Assembly (NCBI GenBank): GCA_965655095.1
Contig: OZ296650.1
Location: 69,068,001 to 69,132,000, forward strand
Reading direction: 5' to 3'
Source: Haplodiscus bocki
Taxonomy: Eukaryota
Length of the DNA: 64,000 nucleotides
The position numbers and the translations under genes were made by a program. Below are positions 10,160-22,200 of the stretch, one piece after another. Each line of letters starts with the position of its first letter. The first letter of the stretch is position 1. Below the pieces are notes generated by a model. The model had not been told where the DNA came from. It searched no databases and saw only the letters and a program-made list of their open reading frames with translations.

Positions 10160-13100
10160 CTAGAAAACATAGGCAGCAAGTATGCTAGGCATTAAGTGCT
10201 TAGAGCCTAGATTTAGCATATTAAACATTTGTAATTGAGCGAAATTTGAACTATAATTTTGAAACAGAAAATAGATGCCAATTAAATCGACAAATTTTAG
10301 AACATTTGAATAAATTTGAATTACCACATGTACATAAAAATGAAGGGTGAATAGCGACGTAAATGGCAATAAGAGGCAGAATACTTTCTCCACGTATTAA
10401 CTTTCATTGACTTCTATTTACTTCGACAAAAAGTATCCATCCTCTCTCAAAATGATCCAATGGATATTTGCGGTAGAATGGAAGCGCAATAGAAAGATTT
10501 CTCAAAAACGTACGGAATCAAAGAAACTTGAATTGTTTTAGAATCAGTAAAGGTGACACATTTGCTGTAAAAAATTTTGGAGATATCTTTTTCCACCTTT
10601 ATTCAGGTTGCACAAAAATACAGAAATTTTTTGAGATTCGAAAAACTTAAATTTTGATGAAGCTTCTTTCCAAAATGTACGCCTTCATTGTTTTAAGCGG
10701 TATCTTTAACAAAAATGGAGGGCGCAAATATCCCGGTGGTAGGCGGGTGTCTGCTTACCTTTTGATCTCAAATCGTTTTTATCAAGGTTTCTCCCATTAC
10801 GACTTTAAGACGTCATTGAAAGCTCGGGATGCTGCGTTTGTTCGAGTTGTACTTATGTCGGAGGACCAAGTTGGTAAATGCAGTGTCACGAACAACTTTT
10901 CTGTGACCGTGTCGTTGAAACAAGATTGCTGAAAATCCGTGCTCCAGAAAACGGTGTGTTCGACGGGGTACAGTGAAGAGTTTCCAAAATCGACTACTGA
11001 CAAAAGAGCTACACGAGGCATACACGAGGATCGGAACACATACCACTGCAGTAGAGGACGCAAGAAATAACCTCCAGTATGCTTGTTAATGTCTGTATGT
11101 GTTTACTCTCAATTGTAAAAGAGAGACCAGAAAAGTATTTCAACTGAAGGAAGGCAAAAAATTGCAATGGTTATCGACGGAACAAGAATAACCCTTCAGA
11201 ACTGTTAATTAAAACGGAAGAAAATTGGGGAAAATGACAGTACCTGATTTCGTTGTCATTTTCTCACTTGGTCCACTGTTATGACCAAGTTCAAGGATAT
11301 ACATTTTCAGCTGAATTCGATAATTTCCTGAAGCAATTTTCACAAGACGACGACTCACAAAAAGACTTAAATGCAGCAGCAGTGACGTACCGTAAGAAAG
11401 CAAAGCGCCAGAAACAAAATAAAAATCGCATGAGATCTATCATGAATTTCTCGAGAAACCACGCAGCAGCGGTGCACAACCCGCGAAAATGTATGGTCTT
11501 GTCAAAGTACACAAATCGGGTTTTCCTCTGACACCAGTCTAGTCCTTGCCTGGTAGTAGGTACAAGCGCTTCACGAATCAACTGCCCGAGATGATTATCT
11601 GCCGGGAGCAGGAAATGAGGCGTCTAATCAAACTATTCGTGACCAAGTTCGTACGATGACGCAAGATGAAGACGAGGAGCTTATATCTTTGAACCTTAAA
11701 AGTCTCTATACCAACGTGCCCGTTGATGAGGCAATCACCGTAGCAGCTGAAAAACTTTACTCCACTTCAAGTTACTCGAATAAAATTTTGAATTGATGAA
11801 ATTTGCAGTCAAGAATGTGAAATTTGAGGTCGGTGACACACGGTTGGAACAAGTTGGTGGCTTAACCATGGACTCTACTTAGCCAACTCATGGATGAAAG
11901 AATTTGAGCCTTTACTTGGTGGAACATCACACACAGAGAACACCGAGGTGCCCTCTGAGGAACTCGGTGGACCACCACACATACAAGACACGGCAATGCT
12001 TTTTGACAAACCATCTCAAACATTAGATAGCTGTGGGAGCAGGGTCACTCGGCGACGATACTCAGTGCAACGTAGCAGGTGCGAGTATTGGTGCCATTGA
12101 AACTGCTTAGGCTATAGCGTAGCATATATTCGCAATGTGACATCATGCTCCTGGCATTGCGGTCGTACGAGTTTGCCGAACCCGTGATGAAACCTGCGAA
12201 AACTTTCCACAGATACATGGATGATATTTTTTTTTCAATGAAGGTTGACAAAATCCCTGACGTATTATCGAAGAACAATGACATCAATCCAAATCTCGAA
12301 TCCACGTTAGAAGAGTCAGGTGAGTTAGCGGTTCTAGATACGAAAATTGTTCGTTCCGGACGAATGTTGAGCTCCACCAGGTACCAGAAACCAACCGATA
12401 CTGGTCTTTGATTATCGTCTCTCGCTTGTGCCCCCAACATATAAGAGGAACACAGTGGAGGGCATAGTGCATAGATTGCACCACTTTTGGTACAAATGAG
12501 AGCATTTCCATTCCAGCCTAGAGAAAGCGAGGGGCTTCTCAGAGGTAAACCACAATCCAGCATCGTACTGCAATCCGATAATCAAAAGTGTCCTGGAAAA
12601 ACTCTCACAGGAAGAAAATGACAAATAATTTTGAAACCAGCTAGTCAAAACGAAGAAGCGAAAGGCCCACATTAGCAATTCTTTATCGGGGATATATTTC
12701 ACAGTTTCAACAAAAATTACCAAAAATCGTACCAACTGCCACTATTTTCACCACCACAAAGATGCGATTTGTAGTGCCACCAATAAAAAGGGGTACTGTT
12801 GAGGAGTGTTCCAGCCGTGTCGTCTAAAACCTTACATGTACAGGTTGCTTGGCCTGCCATGTCGGTCAGACGACTCGACATTTCAAAACACGTCTGTGTG
12901 AACACCTCAACTCCAATGCCTCCTTTAAACAATAACTGCATCAATGCGATTCCACTTACACCTCCGAAATCCTGGACAGTGGTACAAATATCGGAACTTA
13001 CTCACACTGGAAGCCTTTTATACTGACCTATTGAAACCTGGTATCAACACATAAGAGGAATACCGCCACCGTTCCTGACAGTGAAGTTATGTTTTTGCAA

Positions 13101-15732
13101 TGATATAGTCACCTTTCGTTCTCTATCAGAACTCATAATTCAGCAGAATATAAAGCTATTTTTGTAGTTTCAGATAAATGATGAAGTTTTCGCATCGAAA
13201 ACGTTTTATAGTGTATTATTATTTCTAATTTACCATTCGTTTCAACATTGATACCTATTTTGGAAAGAATAAAAATGATTAATAGGCAGGGACCATTCCG
13301 ATTCAATTCAGCGATCAGCCTCACTCAGTCGGTTAATCAAGCAGACCTTTGTGGGAAGAGTAAAATCTACAGGCATTAAGTTACACTTCATACCTAAAAA
13401 TCTGAAGATCAAGTTTTCAAACTACTTTTCTAACTTTTGCAACTAAATATTTTAGCAGTATTAGCAAAAACTTGAAATTTTTTCCACATTCAGTTTAAGA
13501 ACAGGCTGTCTCTTCAACTTTTAAAATTTTCAAAACAAATATTCAAGGATCTTTTCCCTGATTTTTTCATCAGTTTCAAATAACTAACTAGTAATGGGAG
13601 AAAAATTGCGAAATATAGTTGAGAAATAAATGTACCTGACGAGCAGCAAGGATGAATTTTTCGAAGCTTTGATAACCATAACCAGCTTGTCCGTTGTAAT
13701 ATCCATCAGAATCTGTTGTATACTTCATGTAAAGAGGATTCACAGATTTATAACCATCTGCATCCGTAGAAACAAAGTATCCACGGTGAGCCTGAAAGAA
13801 ACCAGAAGTTGAATTTATACGTTTAAGCAATAGAGAATCAAATTGCAGCTATACGAAGAACATTACGAATCATTTCCCCATTGGCCCAACAACGATGAGC
13901 AGAATGCAGTTGCCGTAAATAAATCTGGCTTGAACTGTTTACGTAAAGTTACGTAGCATAAGCCGAGAGGATACAATTGTAATATAGTTATTTGAAAATT
14001 ACAATTTTTCATTCAATTAACAACAAATCAATCAATATTTTGGAAATTCAAGACGAGTCTCTAAACCCAGGACACTTTTCGAGATGCATAAAAGCTTAGA
14101 TTTGGTCACTTTTTTAGATTATATTTATCAAAATTTACAAACAGACAAAGCTCAGCTCCTAAGATACATAGAAGCCCCATTTGACCTTATTTTTATCACC
14201 AATAAGTTGATTGAAATAAACTTCACAACCATTTTTTTCAACAATCGTTTAAAATAGTCAACAAACGTTCAAAATTCATCACACCTGGTCCGCTTTCAGA
14301 GATCCGTGATATGCTTGGCAATAGAAATACTGCTGGCTATGAACATCGGATATTGGATCAGTCCATGAGGCTGTGTATACAGCATGGGCTTTGTTTTTAG
14401 AGGGCAAGTTTTCCCATTGAACCATCAGGGTTATGGTGTCCTCACAGGTGCGTCCGTCATTGAAACGAGTAATTGCTACTCCTTCCGAGGAACATGACCT
14501 GACAGTTAAAGGTCGCCCTCTACCAGCCATAGCCCAAACATGCCAGTCTATGTGATGAGAGTTTAAATAAAAACTGATGTCACTCGAAATCCCAGCCCAC
14601 GCCTAAATCCAATTCACACTAGCATTATCAGCATTCCACAACAAAGCGAATTCGACCAGTTTTTCACAACATTTCAAAAACATGGACGAGAAACATTCAA
14701 TTGGAAGATTTTTTTGCACCATTAATTTGCCTAACTATTACAGCTTGACAGTAATCTTACACATCTAGATTAAAAAGAATACACACTATCAATACGCCAG
14801 AATGTCTAAATATCGGCAAATCACAATTAAGTTAGAAGTATGCTGAACTCCGTAAAAGTGCCCCAAAATAAAACTGTTAACTCTAACTCTAAACGTGTCT
14901 AGTTGGAACTTGGGTTGACTCATGTAGGAATGGAAATATCCAAAGTCTCCCAGGTCCCCTGAGTTCAGTCTTTGCCGTGCATCTGCGTAGATTGGGTCGA
15001 ACCGTTTATGTACTTCAACTAAAAGGAGCCTATTCTTCGCACGAGATAAATCGACTAATGCGCGATGTTCTTCCAACTTCAGCACTAAAGGCTTCGCAAC
15101 CATGACGTGACATCCGGCTTCCAAAGCAGAACGTGCCATTTCGAAGTGAGAGTCATCTGGGGTGAATATTGATACCACATCTCCTAAGGAGAAAATTCAT
15201 TTCAACACCAACACTGCTTTTATGTAACCGACCAATACTGAAGATTAGATTTTTTTTCCAGTCTACAGAAGCATAATTAGTTATTCAAAACTTTCATATT
15301 ACGTAACTAACTAGGACTTTAAGCGGTGCTCAGGATAATTCTTGTTTATCTTCATTATTTTGCCCTCATCTGTAATCGAGTAATGTTTTTACCTTTTCTC
15401 AATTGTTTCATGGCATTTCTGTACGCTTCGAGATCTCTGCTCGTTTCATCATTTGGAAACGTTTCACAATCCGCGCTCAGCTCTCTGTACCTTCCCTCAA
15501 TAAGTTTTTGCCAGTGCAATCTCACAGCTGGAAATTTTGTGCCATTCGTGCCAGCAACTAAAATTCTGTCGCCAAGCAACCCCCTCCTTCTCAAATCAAA
15601 GTGCACAAGACCAACAACTCCGCAGGATTTGTCTGACTTTGAACCACCGCTTCCAATGACATAGCCTGTCACGTATTCCCCCGTCCCTATGATCAAAGCG
15701 TTGGGTGCATGGTGAGTCGAAACTTCGCCCAT
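9974..15732 (-). CDS. Gfo/Idh/MocA-family oxidoreductase, GaaA (D-galacturonate reductase)-like; 5 exons, 431 aa
   Basis: Exons 15732-15393, 15183-14888, 14602-14285, 13791-13636, 10159-9974; all GT-AG with matching phases, 1296 nt, no internal stop. Motifs IIGTGEYVTGY, SDKSCGVVGL..FDLRRRG, IFTPDDSH, KP, EVHKRFDPIY, YMSQPKFQLDTF.AWAG..SDISFYLNSHHID, EDTITL, VHSQQYF, NPLYMKY..D..G...GQ.GYGY.SFEKF, LPT...TAILHAGR.SLD match Aspergillus GaaA as I recall it. Confidence 0.92.
10770..13210 (+). mobile_element. Penelope-like retroelement (RT plus C-terminal GIY-YIG), decayed, antisense in intron 4 of the GaaA-like gene
   Basis: N-terminal RTKLVNAVSRTTFL...SFQNRLLTKEL; RT motifs ISLNLKSLYTNVPVDEAI (~11680-11735), QVGGLTMDS..AN.WMKEFE, RYMDDIF (~12211), LAVLD, YQKPTDTG; GIY-YIG VV*NLTCTGCLACHVGQTTRHFKTRLCEH (~12820-12905). 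Boundaries approximate. Confidence 0.9.
13636..13791 (-). CDS. GaaA-like oxidoreductase exon 4
   Basis: Acceptor TTTCAG; AHRGY...NPLYMKY...SFEKFILAARQ; donor GTACAT. Confidence 0.9.
14285..14602 (-). CDS. GaaA-like oxidoreductase exon 3
   Basis: Acceptor TTTAG; AWAGISSDISFYLNSHHID...KADQ; donor GTGTGA. Confidence 0.9.
14888..15183 (-). CDS. GaaA-like oxidoreductase exon 2
   Basis: Acceptor CCTTAG; GDVVSIFTPDDSH...QLDTFR; donor GTTAGA. Confidence 0.9.
15393..15732 (-). CDS. GaaA-like oxidoreductase exon 1
   Basis: ATG at 15732; Rossmann IIGTGEY; donor GTAAAA, phase 1. Confidence 0.9.
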
Positions 15733-16885
15733 ATTTTGATAGGCGTCGCCAATTAATCAAATCTAATTATGTATCAAAATAGAATTTTAATTGCATATAC
15801 TTTCTAGAAGGGTTCAAAAGCTTACTCATATAAGATCTGCAATGACTCGGAGTAACTTATCTTGACTTTCTATTTACATTGATGCCTTCAAATTTATTAT
15901 GCTGCTTGATAATGGTTCGTAGGCTAAATCGCAAATAGAACTTTCATGTTAAGAGTTGAGGTAATTAACACAGCATATAAAACAATAAACTTAACAAATC
16001 TCGAATTCTTTTATGCTATGCTTATTATCCTAAGCTGGATGGAATTAACAATTTTTCAATTCCAAAATTCGATATCGCAAAAAAATCTCATTTATTACAC
16101 GCATATTTTAACTTGGACGTTATATCGAACGAGAATCGCAAAGTGTCACCTCAGTTTCAATTGTCCGATATTCAAGATCATTTATTTATAACTCCTCGAA
16201 TTCCTTCTGGAACAAAAATTTCGCTTAATCTAAAAAATTTCAAATTTATTTTGATTAATTTTGAAAAATTCAGCTTAATCTATATATAACAATCGAAGTT
16301 GCTTCAAAGTAGAGTCGTGGAAGATTTAACAAGCCAGAAGAACTGAGTTGGTATGACGCAAAATTTTGCAGATTTCGATGGCTTGAAAGAGCCAGTAGTA
16401 ATCTGGACCTTTCTCAAAGTGCCAAATTAAGATAGATACATGCTTTCACTTCACGTTTCGAAATCAAGTTTTCGTTGACAAGCAGTTTGGTCGTTGAGTA
16501 CAGGTGTGCTCAAAACCTTGACCAGCATTTGTAAATTATCCTAAAAAGTTTGCTGCAATTTTTGATTCAATGCTTAGCTAAAGCAAAAAGTCAACTATTA
16601 CAAGACAAGGTAACCAGGCAGTTTAACGCGACGTTTCAGGTATAATATTTCAGAAATAGTCCTGTACGCAAGAATTCCGAAGTTCGACATTATGATGATT
16701 ATCAAAGTATTCAGAAACAGTTAGGGCTGTTAGTTCGCGGCTCAACGACAATTCGGAGGAAAAACCAAATTCAAACCGAATTTAAAATTTGGCCCCAATC
16801 ATTTCGCTAATTACTTAACTAGCAAATAACCCTTAGCCAATTTATTCATTGAAAATAAAACAGCCTTGCAACCAGTTCTGATATA

Positions 16886-17598
16886 CACTAGGCAATAAAA
16901 GTAACCCTTTATGCCATTTTCAGTATTGGTCAAATTTCAAAAATGAATTTCATGGTCAACTATGGAAAAATGGTATAGGAGCAAAATATTCTTTGAATTT
17001 GAACTAGTTTTTCTAGTACTTTTTGTTTCAAAATTAGACCATTTTTTTAGAAATCATGAGGCCCCAATTTCTACGTGCATTTTACCATTTTTCAAAGTTT
17101 TAGCCAAAAGCCAAATATCTTGGCATACACAAGAAACCTCAAAGCGCTCAGTTGATTTTCCGTAGCTTTGGATGTCGTCTTTCAACTCCAACACTTTGGA
17201 GAAACAAGCCCTCAAGAAACGGTTGAACAAAAACTGTTTTCGCTTAATACAAGGAGACAGAGAAGTCGGTTCAGTTTTTGTTCGACCGCTTCTCAGGAGT
17301 TTGTTTCTCGGAACAGTGTTAAAGTTGAGCTTTAGAGGACATCCAAAGCTACAAAATGTCAACGGTTCAGGTTTCGTGTGTAGCCCAAGATATTTCGCGA
17401 AAACTTCGAAAAATGGTCGAAAATAATTTCTAAAAGAATAATCCATTTTTGAAACAAAAAGCACCAAAAAACCCTTGTCAAATTCTAAGAATATTTTGTT
17501 CCTATACCATTTTTCTTCAGTTAAGACTTGGCCATGAAATTTAGATTTGAAAGTTGGCAACTGCTGAAAATGGCATCGACAGTTACTTTTGCCAAGTG
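16886..17598. mobile_element. Foldback/MITE with long (~200 bp) diverged inverted arms, Tc1/mariner-like TA ends
   Basis: TA|CACTAGGCAATAAAAGTAAC ... GTTACTTTTGCCAAGTG|TA; arms give mirror pseudo-ORFs (EKWYRSKIFFEF on +, EKWYRNKIFLEF on -). Similarity may extend ~20 bp further out. Confidence 0.7.
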
Positions 17599-18089
17599 TA
17601 AATTAGCCGGACTGCATTAACTTTGTACTTTTGGGATTGTAGATGTTCTAGGTACTATCACTAGGACTATGAATGCAAAGGTGTAGGCCATCGGGAACTA
17701 TTGTTTTCCGCCCATATTCTAATATGGAAAGAAATTCATTCACTCGCCACATGCGTTTTTTACGTAAGCTTACCAAATGCACGATTCTCGCACGATGCAG
17801 TTTGACTTTGAGAAATTACGACTGCTTTTTGGACATAATTTTGGGTATTTAGAGAAAGGAATGGTTTTCTTAAAATTCGAAGAAGCAAATTTGCGGTAAA
17901 ATGCACGTGAAAGGGTTCATTCCTTCGAAAAACCCAGTTTCAGCCGGCGCTTCACTTTAGCAAAGAGCCCGCGACTACAGTTACTATTGTTTTTTAGCCG
18001 GCACTTTACTTCAGCCAAGAAGCCGACTATTACAAAGCTTTTTTCGTAAGACAACAGACTCACACTCAATCGATCCAATTTCAACAGTT

Positions 18090-18428
18090 TGTATTTGGCC
18101 CAGTGGGTAGGACAAACGGGTTCCGAAGCAACAACCCCTGAATAAGCTGTTTTTTAGTTCACATGGAGCAGTGTGTAGGGTAAGAGGGTTTCGAAGCCAC
18201 AAGTCGCGGGTTCGAACCCCGATATAGGCTAGATTGTGAACATTTTATACGGCCCATTGTGAGGCAAACGTGTTCCGAGGTCACATCGCGGGTTCGAACC
18301 GGTGTAGGCTATATTTTAAATTTTAAACCAAAATTTATCTCACAATACGATTTTTTACAAGCATCAAAATCAACTCCGTCCTTTTGAGCAATACAGGCGG
18401 CGGCGACTTTGGCTGTTCCCGGCTTGTT
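18090..18428 (+). mobile_element. Helitron/Helentron-like repeat 3' part with tandem tRNA-like (A/B box) units, copy 1
   Basis: TGGCCCAGTGG and two GGTTCGAACC...TAGGCTA units; ends GGCGGCGGCGACTTTGGCTGTTCCCGGCTTGTT, homologous to 29854-29887. Confidence 0.55.
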
Positions 18429-19095
18429 TCCTCCAAATACACACTTTCAACAACATTAGAAGGCAGAAAATATCCCTGTGGTAGCCGAGCGTCTTGTTTT
18501 GCCTGTCTTCAAAGCACTTTCACGAAATTGGAAAACGGAAAATATTTCGCGTAGGTTTCAGGACATTTGCGAAATGCCAAAATTGTGAAAGTGAGAAGAT
18601 CAAAGCATCTGTGTAGTGAATATTGTATTTTGGTGGGTATTGATTTATACTTTTAATTGGTGCTTATTGGTATGATGATCTACAATTATCGAAAATTTTA
18701 TAAACGCTGCTGATTACCACTATTTAGAGGTACTTAAAATTTTGAGCTGTATTCGTCTTCGTCCAAATCTGCTTTTGGTCCGAATTGTCGCATCACTTTA
18801 CTTTGCCAATGAAAGTACACTTAAAATTCATTTTATAATACTTCTCTCATCTCGACATCAAAACCGTGAAGTTCTACAATTTTCTTTATTGAAATAAGAT
18901 AAAGCAAAAATAAAGTTTGACTTTTCATTGAGAGTACAAATTTTGATAACTAATTTCAATCTATAAATGATGAATTGATTTACCAGGCAGTAATATCACA
19001 ATTATCAAGCTGTGAAGGCAAGGGGTATAGCACCAATTGGAAATGTATTAATATATTAGACTGTTTTGGTTTTGATTACACTTGCTGTAATTCTT

Positions 19096-19251
19096 TCAGA
19101 CTCCCAAATGGCACATTTGGGCGCACTGACATTCAATGCCACACACAGGACAGTTGCCGGAAGCGCCTTCATTGGACATAAACCATTCTCGCAAGTGATT
19201 TGGGTGACCTCCGTGATTGCATTTGAAACAGCACGTGAACAGACCTTTCAC
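19096..19251 (-). CDS. WDR59: WDR59 exon 7 (RING, last; absent from the ORF track)
   Basis: Acceptor TTATAG; VKGLFTCCFKCNHGGHPNHLREWF...CPVCGIECQCAQMCHLGV*. Confidence 0.9.
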   Translation of the reverse strand: MKGLFTCCFKCNHGGHPNHLREWFMSNEGASGNCPVCGIECQCAQMCHLGV

Positions 19252-22200
19252 CTATAAGATCAAGTTCACACTAGCAATTTAATGGACCGTATGATTCCTC
19301 AGCTAGAAATAAAACTCATGAATTACTGAATTTATCAACTTGCGACACCTGTCAGTCTGATAAATTGTACGGGAACTGGGCAATATTGTGCGCCGCACTA
19401 AACAGCCAGCCCTGGGTCAAAATTTCCCGAAACACAAGTTGTGCGTCATTAGTAAAATCAAAATGAACTTCAATTGCAGAATTGATCCAATTCGCTTTTC
19501 ACTTACCTCTTCTCTGCAAACCACACAGAAGAATTGCAGAAATTTTTCTCTATTCGCATCCACAGTTTGACTGTTTGCTGGAACTTCATCAACAGGCACT
19601 TCATCTTTGAATTGGTTTTTCGAAGAGGTTTTCAACAAAGTTCTGTGGACAACTGGCTCGCTATTTCTGGCTCGTGAGCTATTGGAAGATAGAAAAGCTT
19701 CAAATATAGGATTCAAGTTGTTCGCTGGTTCTTGGTATGACGGAGAATGTTTAATCATCCGGTATCGAGGATCTTTGGGACTTGGAAGCGAGACTAATTC
19801 AGCTTTAGGCACAAATAGGATTTTATAGCAATTATCATTGTCGTCAAGGGTGCTACGTTCATCTGACGAAGATTTCGAATTTCTGAAACACTGTGAATCA
19901 ATCTTTTTGACAACTTCACAACGTTGCATGAGCAGTTCCCAGCGATATAAAATATCAGCATACATTGATTTGAATATATTGTATCGAAGAGTTTGGTTTG
20001 GACTGAGAATCCGAGTGTCTTCTACAACACATAAAGCATCTTCGATTGAATGCAACCGATTTTGATGGTGTAAGTTGCCATTTTCTAATGACCCCTCTTT
20101 AGCTGTTACACCAGCTGGTGAATTCTCACACACGCCAGATTCTGCTTTCTGAACACGGATATCGCCATAGTCAGTGGCCCAGTACTTCTGGAGCCTTTTA
20201 TCATCGGGAGATTCACAGACACTAAACAAGATTAAACATTAGATGGCAATTTATACAGAATCTATTAACGCTGAAAACTTTTGCGTGAAATGAATGCGAC
20301 CAATTAAAATTTTACCGGCACAACATACTTACTCAGGCTTAAACCACGAGAAGGGAGTTTCATTAATTCAGTTCATCTAAAACCGATATAATCTTTATCG
20401 AGATCGCTTTCTCATTGCAAATTCGGGACAGTTTCCTCATCACAATCACAAGCAGAAACTACAGTAATGATTTTAATCGAACTCCTGGGCAGAAATTAAA
20501 CAAGTTTAGAGGCGAATTTTTCATCAGAGCATGATAGTTTTACGAGCAAACAGCAATAGCAGTTTTTCGGAATTTTCATGAGATTTTATTGGTATTTTCT
20601 GTTTCAAAATTGTGCCCCTCGTGGAAAAACGATGACTGACATGTAATGATTTTGTACATTTTCCCAAAATTTGAGGTGTTTCTCAAAAATCCCAACACCT
20701 ACAGAAAATACACAAAAATTTTCACAAATAAATATTTGCCATAAAGCACGCAAAACGTTCATTTTTACTACTTTTTTGAAAAATCATTACAAAAGAGTTC
20801 ACGCCTATAAAGAAAACGCAACTCTTATACACTATCTTAATACATGTAAACCGCATATCCTATATCTAAAAACAGTAAAAATTCCATTATAGGAATAAGT
20901 AGTATAGGCAATTGTATGGTTTGCAACGGGTCAATCCTAGGATTCACAAAATGTTTCAACGAATGAAGCCCAATAGTGTTTTTTTGGAAAAAGTATATTC
21001 TCAGCTAATCAAAGAATGATTGCATTTTTAATCGTCGGAATCAGAAGCAGACAGATGCATATTTTTCTAGGTTTCATGCCGGTGTCTGTCTTAAATCTTA
21101 CTCGTAATGTTTCCGAGTTTTTGGATGTTTTTTCATAAAATACTACGAGTAAGAATGATGACAGAAACCGGCATAAAATCAAAAAAATACATCTAGTTAC
21201 AATCCACGATCAACACCTGTTACATCTGCATGGCCAACGAGTTCTATACCTTGTAGTCAACATTATGACGAATGTAGTTCAAATGACGGTGAATGTATTT
21301 TCTTTCAAGATCTTAAGACTCCCGCCTGTAGCTGAATTGTGCCGTATGGTGGAGAGATAGCAAAGTATATATGGTAGAATTGTAAGTTTGAGTGCACGCT
21401 GAGGTTGTCAATCAAAATGTATGCTATAAAAGTCCATGTGTCTTGTTCTATCACACATTTACAAGCTCCATAGAACGAAACACCAACTGTATTCGATGTC
21501 TATTCCAATGACAAGAGAATCAACTTTGGAAACTATCTTTTCCCACTTTGTCACTTGATTGCTCTTAAAACCAATATCAAGCATCTAATGAACAAAGTTT
21601 TTCACCCGAATTTTAAAATCTGGCACAAGTGTTCGGAATCTTACGGAGTCAACAAAGTTACTGACAGATCATGCTTTCATCACATGGAGGCGAGCTGTGC
21701 CTCGCAATACTTGCGCGAGCGGAACACTAGAGAACTAATTGACCAAATATATCTGACTTTTGAAAGGGCCACGATACTAAGAATACCACTGATAACAAGT
21801 GTAAAGAAACTCTGTTGATTCTTTTATATTTATGATAAAGTAAGAAACGCTTTAAAATTCCGATTGCAGGAGTTTCTGAAGAAAACAACTCAGTCTCAAA
21901 CGGCGATGGCACAGTAAGTAGAGCATACGACTGCGGCACAAAAGGTCAGAGACTCGAGCGTAGGACACTTCCTACTCTCTTTGGTCAAATTCTAGAAAAT
22001 TGTTTCAGCTTTCAACGGATGGGGAAAGAAGAATGCAGAAGCCCGTGATAAAAAAAAATCTGCTCGAGCCAGTGTAATCAGTTCAGTGGACGAAAATCCA
22101 AATTATCAGCGATACGCTGAAATGAACAAGTTAGAAACCTTCCTTTTCGTTTCAAAATTTCCGTCTGTCTTTTATGAGGAATATTTTCGCTCAATTTTTG

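Noticed and set aside
13133-13420. Candidate last exon of the oxidoreductase (LPTK) next to exon 4
   Set aside because: No phase-0 acceptor gives that frame; the family C-terminus (TAILHAGR.SLD) is at 10159-9974.
18090-18310. Functional tRNA genes (also ~29400-29750, ~37350-37410, ~43490-43530)
   Set aside because: Only A/B-box-like motifs; no cloverleaf with acceptor and anticodon stems; embedded in dispersed repeats.
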